DNA of 64,000 nucleotides from Antedon mediterranea (lineage: Eukaryota > Animalia > Echinodermata): positions 22,664,912 through 22,728,911 of the forward strand of contig NC_092675.1 in the NCBI RefSeq assembly GCF_964355755.1, written 5' to 3'. The position numbers were made by a program, and so were the translations under genes. Under the pieces are notes generated by a model. It did no database searches. It was not told the DNA's origin and saw nothing but the letters and a program-made list of their open reading frames with translations. Positions 1-11,655 of this stretch are shown piece after piece (position 1 is the stretch's first letter; every line of letters begins with the position of its first letter).

Positions 1-776
1 AAACCGGTCTGAATCAATCAAACCGATCTGAATCATGCCGATTACATCCACAGTAATTGCTTGTGTGATCACTGTACCTGCTACAAAACTGCGTAGTGTA
101 TTGTATATTCTGTCAACTGGATTATTTAGGAACGTAAAAAACTTGAGCCACTGTAGGAGGATATAATCAGGATTCTACAAACGAGAATGGTCGCCTATTT
201 GGATAACATGTATTCAAAAATGAAAATTAAAAAAATAACTAGTAGTTTGATATTTAAAATTCAATCATGTTGAGATCCATATATCTTATCCTGAATTCTT
301 GATGACATCATATTAAACAAGAAATATTTCTTACAAAAAACGCCGCGTAACTTTTTGACTGGACAGTTGTAAGAACAGTCTTCATTAATTTAATATAATA
401 GGTCGGCCACCCCACATGATATACCATGATAACCTTGAGATATGTAGAAGACAGATACAGCTTATTTATTACTTATACCAGTGCCCCAATGGGTTAATAA
501 GTCTACCAGCTGACTTCTGTTATTGTTACAACCCCCTTTTGAACATGGCAACAATGGTCGTTAGATCTGAAACAACTTCAGAATTTTCAATAGCTATACC
601 TCGTCTAAAGAGAAATATACTAGAAAGGTTTGCGGTGTACACCATGTGTTTCAAAATGGAAATAGAATATGGTTGAGAATTCCTGACATTTCATTTATAA
701 TGCTACAACCATCATTTCAAAATATTGAGACATTATCAACCACTTAATTTTATTTTACTTCTTTTCGAATTAGGAC

Positions 777-990
777 TAAAAGAACCTAGTACATCTTTCG
801 TGACGAGTACGGGGTTATCCCGGTCTACTAGCTTACATAACCACTGTCATGGACATATTGATGAGCAGTTGGCGGCACTGACATAACATGACCCTTAAAG
901 GAGAAGGATGTACTTAAAAAGTGTAAACTAACATCTCAGTCAAGAGCGAATCGAGAAAACAGTGTTTGTGGAAAACGCTATACAAATATA
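777..990 (+). mobile_element. 5'-truncated SINE with Deu/Nin domain and L2-like 3' tail
   Basis: taaaagaacctagtacatctttcgtgacgagtacggggttatcccggt (777-824) resembles the Deu-domain core (TAAAAGATCCC...TTTCG..AGAGTAGGGG...CCCGGT) as I recall it. It ends in gaaaacgctatacaaata, a typical L2-type SINE tail. Confidence 0.6.
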
Positions 991-1825
991 TTAACGATAC
1001 ATTTTCAATTTCAATGGTTTGCTGTATTAAAAACATGTATTGGATCTTTAAAATTCACAAGAATTTAAAGTAGATATTTAAATTCTATTGCTTCATTAAT
1101 TATATAATTGTTTCAATCACAAATCAGCTAACGGTTAGTTTCTGAATCGACAATCGACATTTTGACAATTTATATATCTTTTTATCGGTTTGGAAAGTCA
1201 TTTGAATATCATTTGCTAAAGGTAATTACAATAAAAATAGTAGCGGATTAAACAAATTTTCCTTTAAAATATAAAAAAAAAACATTGATTTTGTTAAGAT
1301 TTTAGCAAATAAAAACAGAAAATCAGATCCTAACTGGTTGTATTTTGTAGGATTGAATGTTTCATTGTTAATGTATTGTTTATATACTAAATGAAAACTG
1401 TCTATTTTAATAGAGCCTAAATATCCTCGTGTCCACGAGTCTATTAGCATTAATTTCAACAATGAAATCAATTGAAGAATATATCTCCATGGAAATGGTT
1501 GACGTTATCAATTGTGTTTTTTTAATAAATTATTTTTAATGTGAAATAGATTTGCTACAAGTACAAGATTTTTTTTAATTAGTATTGACTTTTTTGTCTT
1601 GGTTGTTCTGTAGATATCTCAATTTCAATTTTTTTTTGTGCGTGTGTTTTTTCAACCTTGAACAGTTAATTAATTAATTTTTGTCACATTCACTTATTTA
1701 ATATTAATTTCGTTAACATTCTTTCTTTAGCAGGGTTCAAAATTCACCATAGCTGATAATTGATATTCCATATTAATTTTTCATAAAATTTCATTCAATT
1801 TTACTGACACAAATAAAAAAAAAAA

Positions 1826-2056
1826 GGAGAAGTTGTGGCTTGGTGGTTATGATGCTTGGCTACCAATCCTGGGTTCAAGTCACATCACATGTCAAGACAA
1901 AATTACAACTCCACTCCCAAAGACTTGTAATGACTTTGTTTATGTAGAGCATCTTGTGTATATGTTTGTCTTGTGAACCTAATGATTAGCAATTGCTGGA
2001 TGGATCACCCTCATTAAATATTATGGTCCAAAAAAAAAGAAAGAAAGAAGAAAAAA
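1826..2056 (+). mobile_element. tRNA-derived SINE
   Basis: Pol III A box (tggcttggtgg) and B box (ggttcaagtc) at the head. The 3' end ctggatggatcaccctcattaaatattatgg is followed by an A-rich tail. Confidence 0.7.
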
Positions 2057-3078
2057 ACAATATTAACTGAATGAACTGAGGATAACCAACGAAAGTTTTA
2101 ATTATTCCATTGGGGTCCCCAAATACAAAAAGAAAACATTGGAACTTCCTAATTTAAATTACATTACATATTAAAATTTTAAATACATAAAACATTTAGA
2201 AAATTAACAAATTTAACAAAAGAAGGATGCTTGATTGATTGGCAATACAGATATTTATTATTTTGAATGAGGTAAACAAGTAACTTAAACAAAAACACTG
2301 TACCTCCTCTGACCAGAGAATTACCTCACAAACCATTAAAAACAAAATGTTGATTTAAATATATATTTGTCTAAAAGAACTACAATTGTATACACTAAAA
2401 ATGTAAAGTATAAACAAATAATTAAACATGTCACATTTACATTTTAAGGCAGTTTGCCTTTTTATTAAATGCCTCGTTATAGTCATCTTAACTCGTAATG
2501 TTTTTATATTTTGCAAATTATTAAGTACTGTATATATAATCTAAAGTATATTGAACTTGATTAATTAATTGCATCACAGCAGAACAACACAATTTAGAAG
2601 ATTGTTGAGTAAGTTATTTTTCTGTGCTTCTTATCAATGCATTGAATGTGTTAAGATGACATCATCAACTTAGCTCTGAGCTTTAATGTCCATTTTCAAC
2701 TTTGTACTTTTGTCACATGGTTATGGGTAGCTAATAAGAATTATTCATGTTAGTAACATCCATAAAAATGCTTATTTTAATGCTGCTGTAATTCAATTTC
2801 AGTGGAAACAGTTACTGGTAGTTTCACAGAATTAATAAAACACCTCACAAAAACATAATATGGTTTGAATGTGCTGAATCTGCAGTAAAACAAGATATTA
2901 TTTTTCAATTAGTTTTAAAGAGAAAATATGCTTTTGTCAAAATACACTAAAAGAAAGCACAACTTATTTAAAAAAAATATTACACAAATAAATCAACATA
3001 AAAGAAATCAAATGAAATGGAGGACAGAAAAAGGATCACAGAATGTAGCTAAGAAGAAGATGAGGAAGACATTTCATT

Positions 3079-3870
3079 ATTCCTGTCATTTGATTGGTTG
3101 ATTGTGGATCACATGGCGTGCAATAGTACGCACTATTAAACGATCAAATGATGAAATGTTATATATCAACTCGGCTTTGCCTCGTTGACTATTATAACCT
3201 TTCATCATTCCCCTTATGCCATTATTTTTACCATTACACTCATAAACATTCATTATTTGTATACTAACTATACTATTAGGCCTCCAGATTGATGCTTTAC
3301 TTACAAATTTATTATTTTATATAATTATTATGTATGAGTTAGTTAAATAAAATGATGGCGTGTATCAGCAATTTTACAGAAAATATGATTACCAGTACAT
3401 ATCGTCATTGGTTCATCCACAGCTGGATGTAAACCTTCCTCAAGAATTTTTTCATCAATTTCCTCAGTCTTCTCTGAAGCTATATTAACATTGATGAAAA
3501 AATTCTTGAGGAAGGTTTACATCCAGCTGTGGATGAACCAATGACGATATGTACTGGTAATCATATTTTCTGTAAAATTGCTGATACACGCCATCATTTT
3601 ATTTAACTAACTCATACATAATAATTATATAAAATAATAAATTTGTAAGTAGAGCATCAATCTGGAGGCCTAATAGTATAGTTAGTATACAAATAATGAA
3701 TGTTTATGAGTGTAATGGTAAAAATAATGGCATAAGGGGAATGATGAAAGGTTATAATAGTCAACGAGGCAAAGCCGAGTTGATATATAACATTTCATCA
3801 TTTCATCGTTTAATAGTGCGTACTATTGCACGCCATGTGATCCAAAATCAACCAATCAAATGACAGGAAT
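3079..3870. repeat. Long near-perfect inverted repeat (381-bp arms, 30-bp spacer)
   Basis: 3079-3459 is the reverse complement of 3490-3870. I saw three substitutions. The spacer is 3460-3489. Confidence 0.95.
3393..3479 (-). CDS. Candidate 87-nt symmetric (phase 1-1) coding exon, (A)SEKTEEIDEKILEEGLHPAVDEPMTICT(G)
   Basis: Minus strand reads taatatag|cttcag...tgtactg|gtaatc. Only the phase-1 frame is open across the exon, and the composition is purine-rich and exon-like. Confidence 0.5.
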
Positions 3871-4660
3871 TTATTTAGGTGTTATATAATATAATATATG
3901 GCACATGGGCTTTACATCAGAATCTAAAAAAAATGGTGTGAACACACAACACACTCTCTGTTAATAATCACATCATTCCACAACATTGATTAAAAACTCA
4001 GAAACAATTTTTTTTAGTAAAAATTTTACTACAACATGATTTTAATAAAAACATTCATAGGAATTGTTAGAAACAGGCCCCTAGCTTTAGTGTCAACTTG
4101 TCAATCACAAGTCTATAGAGTTTTTCAAATACATGATGTGCATATCTTGACAAGGTAAAAAGGTAATATTGAAGAATCTAACACTTCATATATTTTAATT
4201 AAGCAACAAAAAGACAGTTTCTAGAATCGAAAGTAGACCTGCTGTACTGCCTGAAGCTTGGTTCTTAATTGGAGGGTATACATGTAATGCAAGTGAGTTG
4301 ACCAATCACAATCAGCAGTTTGGACAACCCATTGTGTTGTGATTGATCAAAATACAAGCAGGAAAAAGACAAAATCCTCCTCATAAATATGTTCATCAAT
4401 TGTTTCAATCCAGAATTTAATTTCTGACAGTCAATTAGTCAAAAAGAAGCGACTTGTATTAAATTACAATCGATTTTGAGGTTATAAATATCAATTCCAT
4501 TCAGAATGAAAAAACATGTAGAAAATTAATCAATAAATACTAGTAACAATATTAATTAGTCAGAAAAATTATGCTAATTTATTCTAAATTTATTTTAATT
4601 GAGTCAATAAATATGTAAATCAAGAAATTTCATTTTACTAATGCATTTAAAGGTTAATTT

Positions 4661-5274
4661 AGGGTACAGTACGTTCACACATACTGTGTAGCATATGCCT
4701 TTGAACTAGGTAGTGCCGTTAACTCCACTCACTACACGTCATCCAGGGTACAGTACGTTCACACATACTGTGTAGCATATGCCTTTGAACTAGGTAGTGC
4801 CGTTAACTCCACTCACTACACGTCATCCAGGGTACAGTACGTTCACACATACTGCGTAGCATATGCCTTTGAACTAGGTAGTGCCGTTAACTCCACTCAC
4901 TACACGTCATCCAGGGTACAGTACGTTCACACATACTGCGTAGCATATGCCTTTAAACTAGGCAGTGCCGTTAACTACGTGTTCACACCTACTGCGTAGC
5001 ATATGCCTTTGAACTAGGCAGTGCCGTTAACTCCACTCACTACACGTCATCCAGGGTACAGTACGTTCACACATACTGCGTAGCATATGCCTTTAAACTA
5101 GGCAGTGCCGTTAACTACGTTCACACCTACTGCGTAGCATATGCCTTTGAACTAGGCAGTGCCGTTAACTCCACTCACTACACGTCATCCAGGGTACAGT
5201 ACGTTCACACATACTGCGTAGCATAGGCCTTTAAACTAGGCAGTGCCGTTAACTCCACTCACTACACGTCATCC
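4661..5274. repeat. 84-bp minisatellite with a 138-140-bp higher-order variant
   Basis: The unit agggtacagtacgttcacac...actacacgtcatcc starts at 4661, 4745, 4829, 4913, 5053 and 5191. The 4913 and 5053 blocks each include a deleted extra subunit. Confidence 0.97.
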
Positions 5275-6411
5275 TTGGCGTTATGTATGACAGCTACATA
5301 ACCCCATCTTAACTAACACCAACAATGCTTGAATAATTTTGCCATTATTTCAAAATATTTATCAATTATTTCTGTTTTTAATGTAACAGTATTGGAAATT
5401 TGATCTGATAAAACAAGCTATAGCTTCTATCTGCTCTTCGATCTGAAAGTGCATAAATTGTATAGGGTGAATAAAAGTAGCTTTCAGGAAAGAATTTAAC
5501 TTGGAAAATCAAGTGCAGACAATCATCATGGCTGTATTTCAAGAAATGGCCAAAAAAAACAAACTAACCATCACAACAGTCTAAAATCTAAAATATGTAC
5601 TAAAAATGTCTAAATTCTCCACTTCTTCCTATTTCACGCAATCATACACACATGGTATCAAAATGATCGCAATGTTAGGGAAACCATCGCACTGATAAAC
5701 ATTTTTGTATACTGTATTAGCGCAAATGTGTCCTTTTATTTTTTAAGCTACAAATGAAGCAATTAGCAAATAACTTGATTGTATCTTGTATTACTACAAA
5801 CTATTTGCACAATTACCTATTATCTTCTTTAGTGCAATGTGCTTTATCCTTGCACACTGCATATGCCTATTAATAAAAGATGACCTTACAGTTAATTCAG
5901 ATGGTATTATAGAATTTTGTATATTTCTACCTGCAAACTTTTCAAATTGGTTCAAGTGCTTTGATACAATATGGTTTGTAGAAAAGGTGTAAACCAGCAA
6001 TAGAAAAACAATGTTACATAGTACAAAAACAACTGAAAAGTGTTACTCCCGAATTTCTATAAAATTTCAAAATAAACAAGAAATATTTCTTACAAAAAAA
6101 AACGACGTTCGACTTTTTGACGTAACAGTTTAATTTTTTTGTTTTCATTTCTTCATTAAATGATGCTTTTTTTTATTGATATTCTATTTAATAATAATGA
6201 TGATTTATTATGATAATTATCAATTCTTTTTGTTTAACAATCTGTATTAAACATTTTGTTTAATGTAAAAGTCGGATAAACACCATTCGCCAACTATTTA
6301 CCATAGTGAAAGGATTTGACCATTATTCAATGCTAAATGCCGACGACGACGCTGACAGCCAAAACAAAAACATTGTTTATTTACAGACTACTGTCTGCAT
6401 ACATCTCATAC

Positions 6412-6473
6412 TTTCTTCTCCCCGACATGCGTTGGGGTTTGAGCATGCCTAGTCCAAGTTCACAAATCCCCAT
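6412..6473 (-). CDS. Candidate alternative first coding exon MGICELGLGMLKPQRMSGRR (phase-2 end)
   Basis: Start context aaaaATGg, a short open frame and the donor aa|gtatga. The end phase matches exons 8986-9056 and 21926-22101. Confidence 0.3.
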
Positions 6474-7384
6474 TTTTCAGCCTTAGTAATAATAGTATAC
6501 TAAAGCTTCTGCTTGATACTTTCTCCCAATACTTCTGTCCCTCTAAAGGCGCAGCATGAAAAAAACACCTTAAAACACATGTGAATAAACCTACTGCACA
6601 TTACAATGTCCCATAATCATTTAATATAACAATTTAATCCTATATTTTTTGTGCGCGTTAGTATTTAGGCTCACGTTGGCCATTCTCCAAGCTGCCAGGC
6701 AGTTACACTAGCAGCATTTCAACAGGGAAAAAAGTTTAGAGAAGAGCTATATAATTATAATATAAAGGTTTCAATTTATTTTAAAAAAAGATTATTTTTA
6801 TGAATCACAACTACTGATAAAGTATACAAAAAAATCAAAATATTTAATGTACTAATATATCAAACCACAAAGAGATTTAAAAGGTAAATGTCAAAGATTC
6901 GCACATTCTTATTAATAATACGTTAATAGCTATGTGAATCCATGATAAGTATCTCAAGATAATTGTCTGTTTCATTCATAAACCATCAATTTTTACTTTA
7001 TAATATGCTCACATACCTATCTTTTCTACTCTCATTCTTCGTTCAGGTTTTTTTTCAATTTTTCTAATGCTTAAATTCATAATCTTTAAAATAATAATTT
7101 TTTTTTTAATTGGTTCAGTCTGAAAATATCTTTTTTTCAAACAATCATATTATTAATCAAAATATTTTAAGAAATGAAATGAACATGTGAAAGCGTATTA
7201 CATAGATGTAGAATCTCGGAAACAAGTGAGTAATCTTTACAGGCCTCAGTGAGATTTGTTAAAATTACATTGTATGATGATTTTGTTTAATAAAAAAGTT
7301 TACTACACTGAACGGGGTGGGTAATTAGGGGTGTAAATTAGGGATGTTAAACCAGGGGCCTTCGTCCTATTTCTTAATGCCACT

Positions 7385-7818
7385 GGGTGCATGACTAAAA
7401 TATGCACCACTCGTTGCTAAAGTCCAGAAACTTCAAAATAGAGCTAAAAGAGTTATCTTGAAAGTTCACCCTCATACCCCATCCCACCTTATTGATAACA
7501 CCATTTCTATCTCATCCGTTTCTCAACGTTATCAGTTTCAACTTGGTTGTCTCGCCTATCGGGCTTCCATCAATACCGTTCCGGATTACATCAGTCGCAT
7601 GTTAACCAGGACTCAGCCTGGAGGTCGACCTACTACCAGATCCATCTCTAATTGTAATTATATTATTCCTCGACCTTCTTTAGAGATTTTTAAACAATGT
7701 TTCAGTTATAAAGCGCCTATGTATTTTAATATGATTCCTAAAATCATTCGACAATCTGAAAATGTTATTTCCTTTAAACGTGAACTTAAACAATTTATTT
7801 CCAGTTTATTGTTCGTAC

Positions 7819-7849
<31 letters not shown>

Positions 7850-8060
7850 TTTTATCTGTCAACGATTTTAACTTTTATATGAATTTTATATAATCATTGT
7901 AAATTTTTAAGCCTTTAATATATTTTATGTCATTTGAATATTTAATATTTTATGTGTTGTACTGTATGTTTGTTTTATCGAGGGCCCTGAATGATCAGTT
8001 CTATTAGGAACTGGATAGGCTACCCTCAGTAAATATGGTAATAAATAAATAAATAAATAA
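7385..8060 (+). mobile_element. 5'-truncated CR1/L2-group LINE (ORF2 C-terminus, 3' UTR, (AATA)n tail)
   Basis: Translation includes KLQNRAKRVIL...TTRS...FSYKAPMYFNMIPKIIRQSENVISFKRELK (ORF 7458-7871). There is a 3' stem-loop cagttc-tattag-gaactg and an (aata)n tail at 8040-8060. Confidence 0.85.
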
Positions 8061-8288
8061 ATGCATATGAGTTTCAAACTGGCATATCTGCTATTTCATA
8101 TTGAATGGAATGTTACTCCATGGTTTTACCATGTACAGTTATCTTTGATATTAATTATAATCTTTGAGATGATAAGTAATTTTGAAATATTCAGTGCTCA
8201 ATCATTAAATAAACTTTAGTTATTTGTCTAGCATAGATACCTAAAAATATTGGGATAGATAGTGCAAATAGAAATACAAATATCCTGT

Positions 8289-8500
8289 TAAGGCCCATTT
8301 ATACTAGGACGACAACAATTGATGATAAGTTTTCATCATAGAACTGTAGGAACCATTCTGTCTTTGTCCATTTAGAAGATGATGATAATTATGAGCAATA
8401 TTGTGAAGAATACTGTACAATGATTTTATTCTTCTATGATTATACCATAATTTGATGGATTTTTGATAAAATTATTTTATCAAGGACATCATAAATAGTA
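8289..8500. mobile_element. Degraded MITE related to the element hosting the Academ insertion
   Basis: aaggcccattttatactaggacgacaacaattgatgataagttttc...agaactgtagga resembles 45282-45395. Confidence 0.35.
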
Positions 8501-8985
8501 TACGGTACTACAGTATAGTAGTAGGATAAACAACTTTTCTAATTTCTTTGGTTTCATATTTTAATCTATTTATTGTCTGAATAAATACAGTACTTAGTAC
8601 TTTAAAATTTAAACTGACAATGGTATACTACATTCATAAAAAAAAAATTAATTATGAGAATATAATTTCCCAAATTCAAGTAATGAAAGTTTAAACTGGT
8701 GATAAATAAACCTATATACAAAGTAGGTAATGTTTCAGGTTTTTTTTTACATTGATGGATATTTTTTAAGTTAATTAAGTTGTGTTTTAAAAGGCATGTA
8801 TAAAAACAAAAGTATGGTCGCTTGTTTATCGTTGCATGCTTCCTGATCTGATATCTATTAATTAGAGTTAAATGGTTTCAAATTCTCATTTTAAAATATT
8901 TTAATATTTAATTTGAAGATACAATCTAGAAAACAAACATGTCCTTTAGCATACACACTAATAAAAAAAAAAGATAATCACTCAC

Positions 8986-9056
8986 CTAAAATCAACATTT
9001 GCGAGTGTAACCCTTCGGGGACGAACAGTGCGATGAAATCTTACTGGTATCATCAT
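8986..9056 (-). CDS. Candidate alternative first coding exon MMIPVRFHRTVRPRRVTLANVDF (phase-2 end)
   Basis: Strong donor ag|gtgagt, an in-frame stop upstream of the ATG, a GC-richer island, and a motif shared with exon 42785-42946. Confidence 0.5.
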
Positions 9057-11014
9057 GAATAAATCCAACAAATTAAAACAGGTGATATTGTGACATAAAT
9101 TTCAAATAAATGCAATCGAACAATTTCCTACGGACTGTTTTTAATCCATGTATTTACCAGCTTGCATACGACAGCTTTCCACATCCAATCAAATAATCAG
9201 ACATAAATAACTTGTTTTCGTTGTCCATTGATAAAATAACCATTTATACTACTGTAATACCTCCACAGAACATGTTGTTTTAAATAATACTGACGATATT
9301 GAAATAAAATAAAAACAAAATATTTTTGTTTACATAGGTTCTATTCGCATACAAATCTGAGATACAGGTAAACTTGTTTGCGCTTTGAAATAATCCTGTT
9401 AAAGCGTTGACAAGTTGAGATTGAAGCCTGCTAAGGAGTCTGTTGCTATTATCTTGCAAATTACAAAACACAAACACATTGATTATATTTTCACTTAGGA
9501 ATGACACTCACATATTGTTTAATGTAAATTCAAGATGTTCCAATTGAAAGAATTCATTGAACATATCCTACGAAGGTCACAAAGTACCTACAGTTGAGTG
9601 CTACAAGTAAACTGCAAGAGATCTCAAATACAATTATATAGTGACGAAACACGCTTCAACAAGCACACTACTTTAGGAAGATGCACACTGTTCTGTAGTC
9701 ACCTTGCTTATCTATTACAATCTAGACTATAGTAGTTTTAATAACAGCTCATTTGCATCACAACAATAATAGAGACACATAATGGATGCTTTTAAACGTC
9801 AAGCTATGATGAATACATAATATACAGATAGATAATTCGCTATTAAAATACATGTGACAGTTTCCACACTTGTTTGGTGAAACAACCAATGCTGATCAGA
9901 AGGCTCAAAGTGTTTTCCTTTAGTTTGACAATGACAAAATGATATACAGTACTCAATTTATTATCACTATAATTTTCCTGTAAAACAGACCGGTAAAATA
10001 GTATGCAAAGTTCTTGGACAGAGTTTTCAACTTAAAATTCCAAAGAAATTGTTGTATTGTAAGCCAGTGACGAGCCTCTCCTTATGAATGCATTCCTTAG
10101 GTACTGTGCCAGGTGACAAAATTCACTGACCTTAAAGTATACCAGTGAAGTGAAGTAAAAAATATGACCTGCATAAACTACTTTGGCAAATTAAAATAAA
10201 ATAATAATAAAAGAACATCCTAGATAATACAGGTTTTTAAAAAATATCTGATAAGTGAAACTGGAGTGATAATGAAATCCAAACAATACAAAAAATGTAA
10301 AAAAATAAGTGTAATATATTGATGACAAATTTTCAGAATTTTGGAAATTAAATAATATTGTATTTTGGTTATTCTCAAATTCTAATTAAGTCATGGAGAA
10401 CTTTACTATCAGATTGTTGTACAAAATAAATTAATAAAAATGGTAATCAGTTTCTAAATTATTATTAATACACCTGACCTTTCTGGTTATTTAAAATATT
10501 ACAATTATTTTAATAAATTTGATACTGACAATTATCAGTTTTATAAAATCTGCAAGGTCAACAGAAGAAATTTCCTTACCTTGTGAACAATAAGTTATCA
10601 AAATAATATCAAACAAAATTGACATCAACAACTCCTAGGCAATAGATTATTTTTACAACTAAAGAACATCAACCGTGGCTTTGCTATATTACGAGAAAAC
10701 AACACAGGCAAAGAGGCTATAAAGAACTTCAGCATACAATAAACCAATGATCAAGTATGTGATTGTAATTATCCATGTACTTCAAGTTCAACAATAATAA
10801 AAATATCAAGATGTAACTTCCATCAAATCATGTTAGTCCGCTGTTTTTTTTAAGTAAATGAAAACTGATAATGAGCCAACATGGCAGATGTCGGTGGTAG
10901 GCCGGTTCAACTTGATTTGAGTAGTCTGGGAAAGTATTGTGTCGTGCAAAGAAAGGACACCAACACTAACCTGCTGGCCTGCTACATATTCGGAGGACTT
11001 TGTAGGGATGCTGT

Positions 11015-11041
11015 GTTGCTAAGCAACCGCCTATTGACTCA
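11015..11041. promoter_or_regulatory. RFX X-box-like palindrome next to an AP-1 site
   Basis: gttgctaagcaac (11015-11027) and tgactca (11035-11041) lie in a locally GC-richer island. Confidence 0.4.
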
Positions 11042-11289
11042 TGTGTGTTATAAGATAGTTTAGCTAGAGACACACAGCTCTTTGGTGTCGCCTTACACTT
11101 GTGTGTGTTGCCCAAAAATGTATAATACAGCTCACAAGATTCAATGCAAAGTCCTACACAATCAACACTACATTTCTATCAAATAACTATAAAAAAATAT
11201 AAGGAAAACACTTTATAATTTATTCACACTGACACAAAAATCAAATAATTAATATATTAAAAGTGATCGAGTGATGAAATCGTGGTAAC

Positions 11290-11655
11290 ATTAATTAATT
11301 CCCTAGGTTATGGGAAGAGTTACCGGAAATGATTAAAATTTCTTTAATTTTAGACAGTTTTCCAACATTTTTAAATTATTATATTGACTTTGTTGAATCG
11401 ACTATAAGTATTTTATCCTTTTGTTTTATATTGACACTGTTGATTCGTCTATTTGTATTTTTTCTTGAATCCTTTATTTATTTTTTTTAATTTGTATATA
11501 AATATAGTTTATTATATATCATTGTTGTTACTTTGGGAGTACGGAACCTGAACTCTTGTTATAGTGATTAGGTTCACTTTTAGGTTCCTGCCTACTCCCT
11601 TAGTTTCTGTGTTTTTGTATGTTTGTAACTGGTTTTTGGCAATAAATAATAATAA
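11290..11655 (+). mobile_element. LINE (CR1/L2-group) extreme 3' end
   Basis: Codes PRLWEELPEMIKISLILDSF, an ORF2 C-terminal motif. It is followed by a T-rich 3' UTR, the hairpin ggaacct...aggttcc and an aataaataataataa tail. Confidence 0.6.

Noticed and set aside
1-80. Possible minus-strand exon after the NAGNAG acceptor ttttgtagcag
   Set aside because: It is truncated by the window edge. Phase 1 is open (GTVITQAITVDVIGMIQIGL...) but phase 2 stops within a short tandem duplication, so it cannot be supported.
4661-5274. CRISPR-like appearance of regular repeats
   Set aside because: Units are contiguous with no unique spacers, there are no cas genes, and the context is eukaryotic.
5794-6000. 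Overlapping ORFs and a possible phase 1-1 exon (GRNIQNSIIPSELTV...)
   Set aside because: The sequence is AT-rich with no recognisable motif, and the splice signals could be chance.
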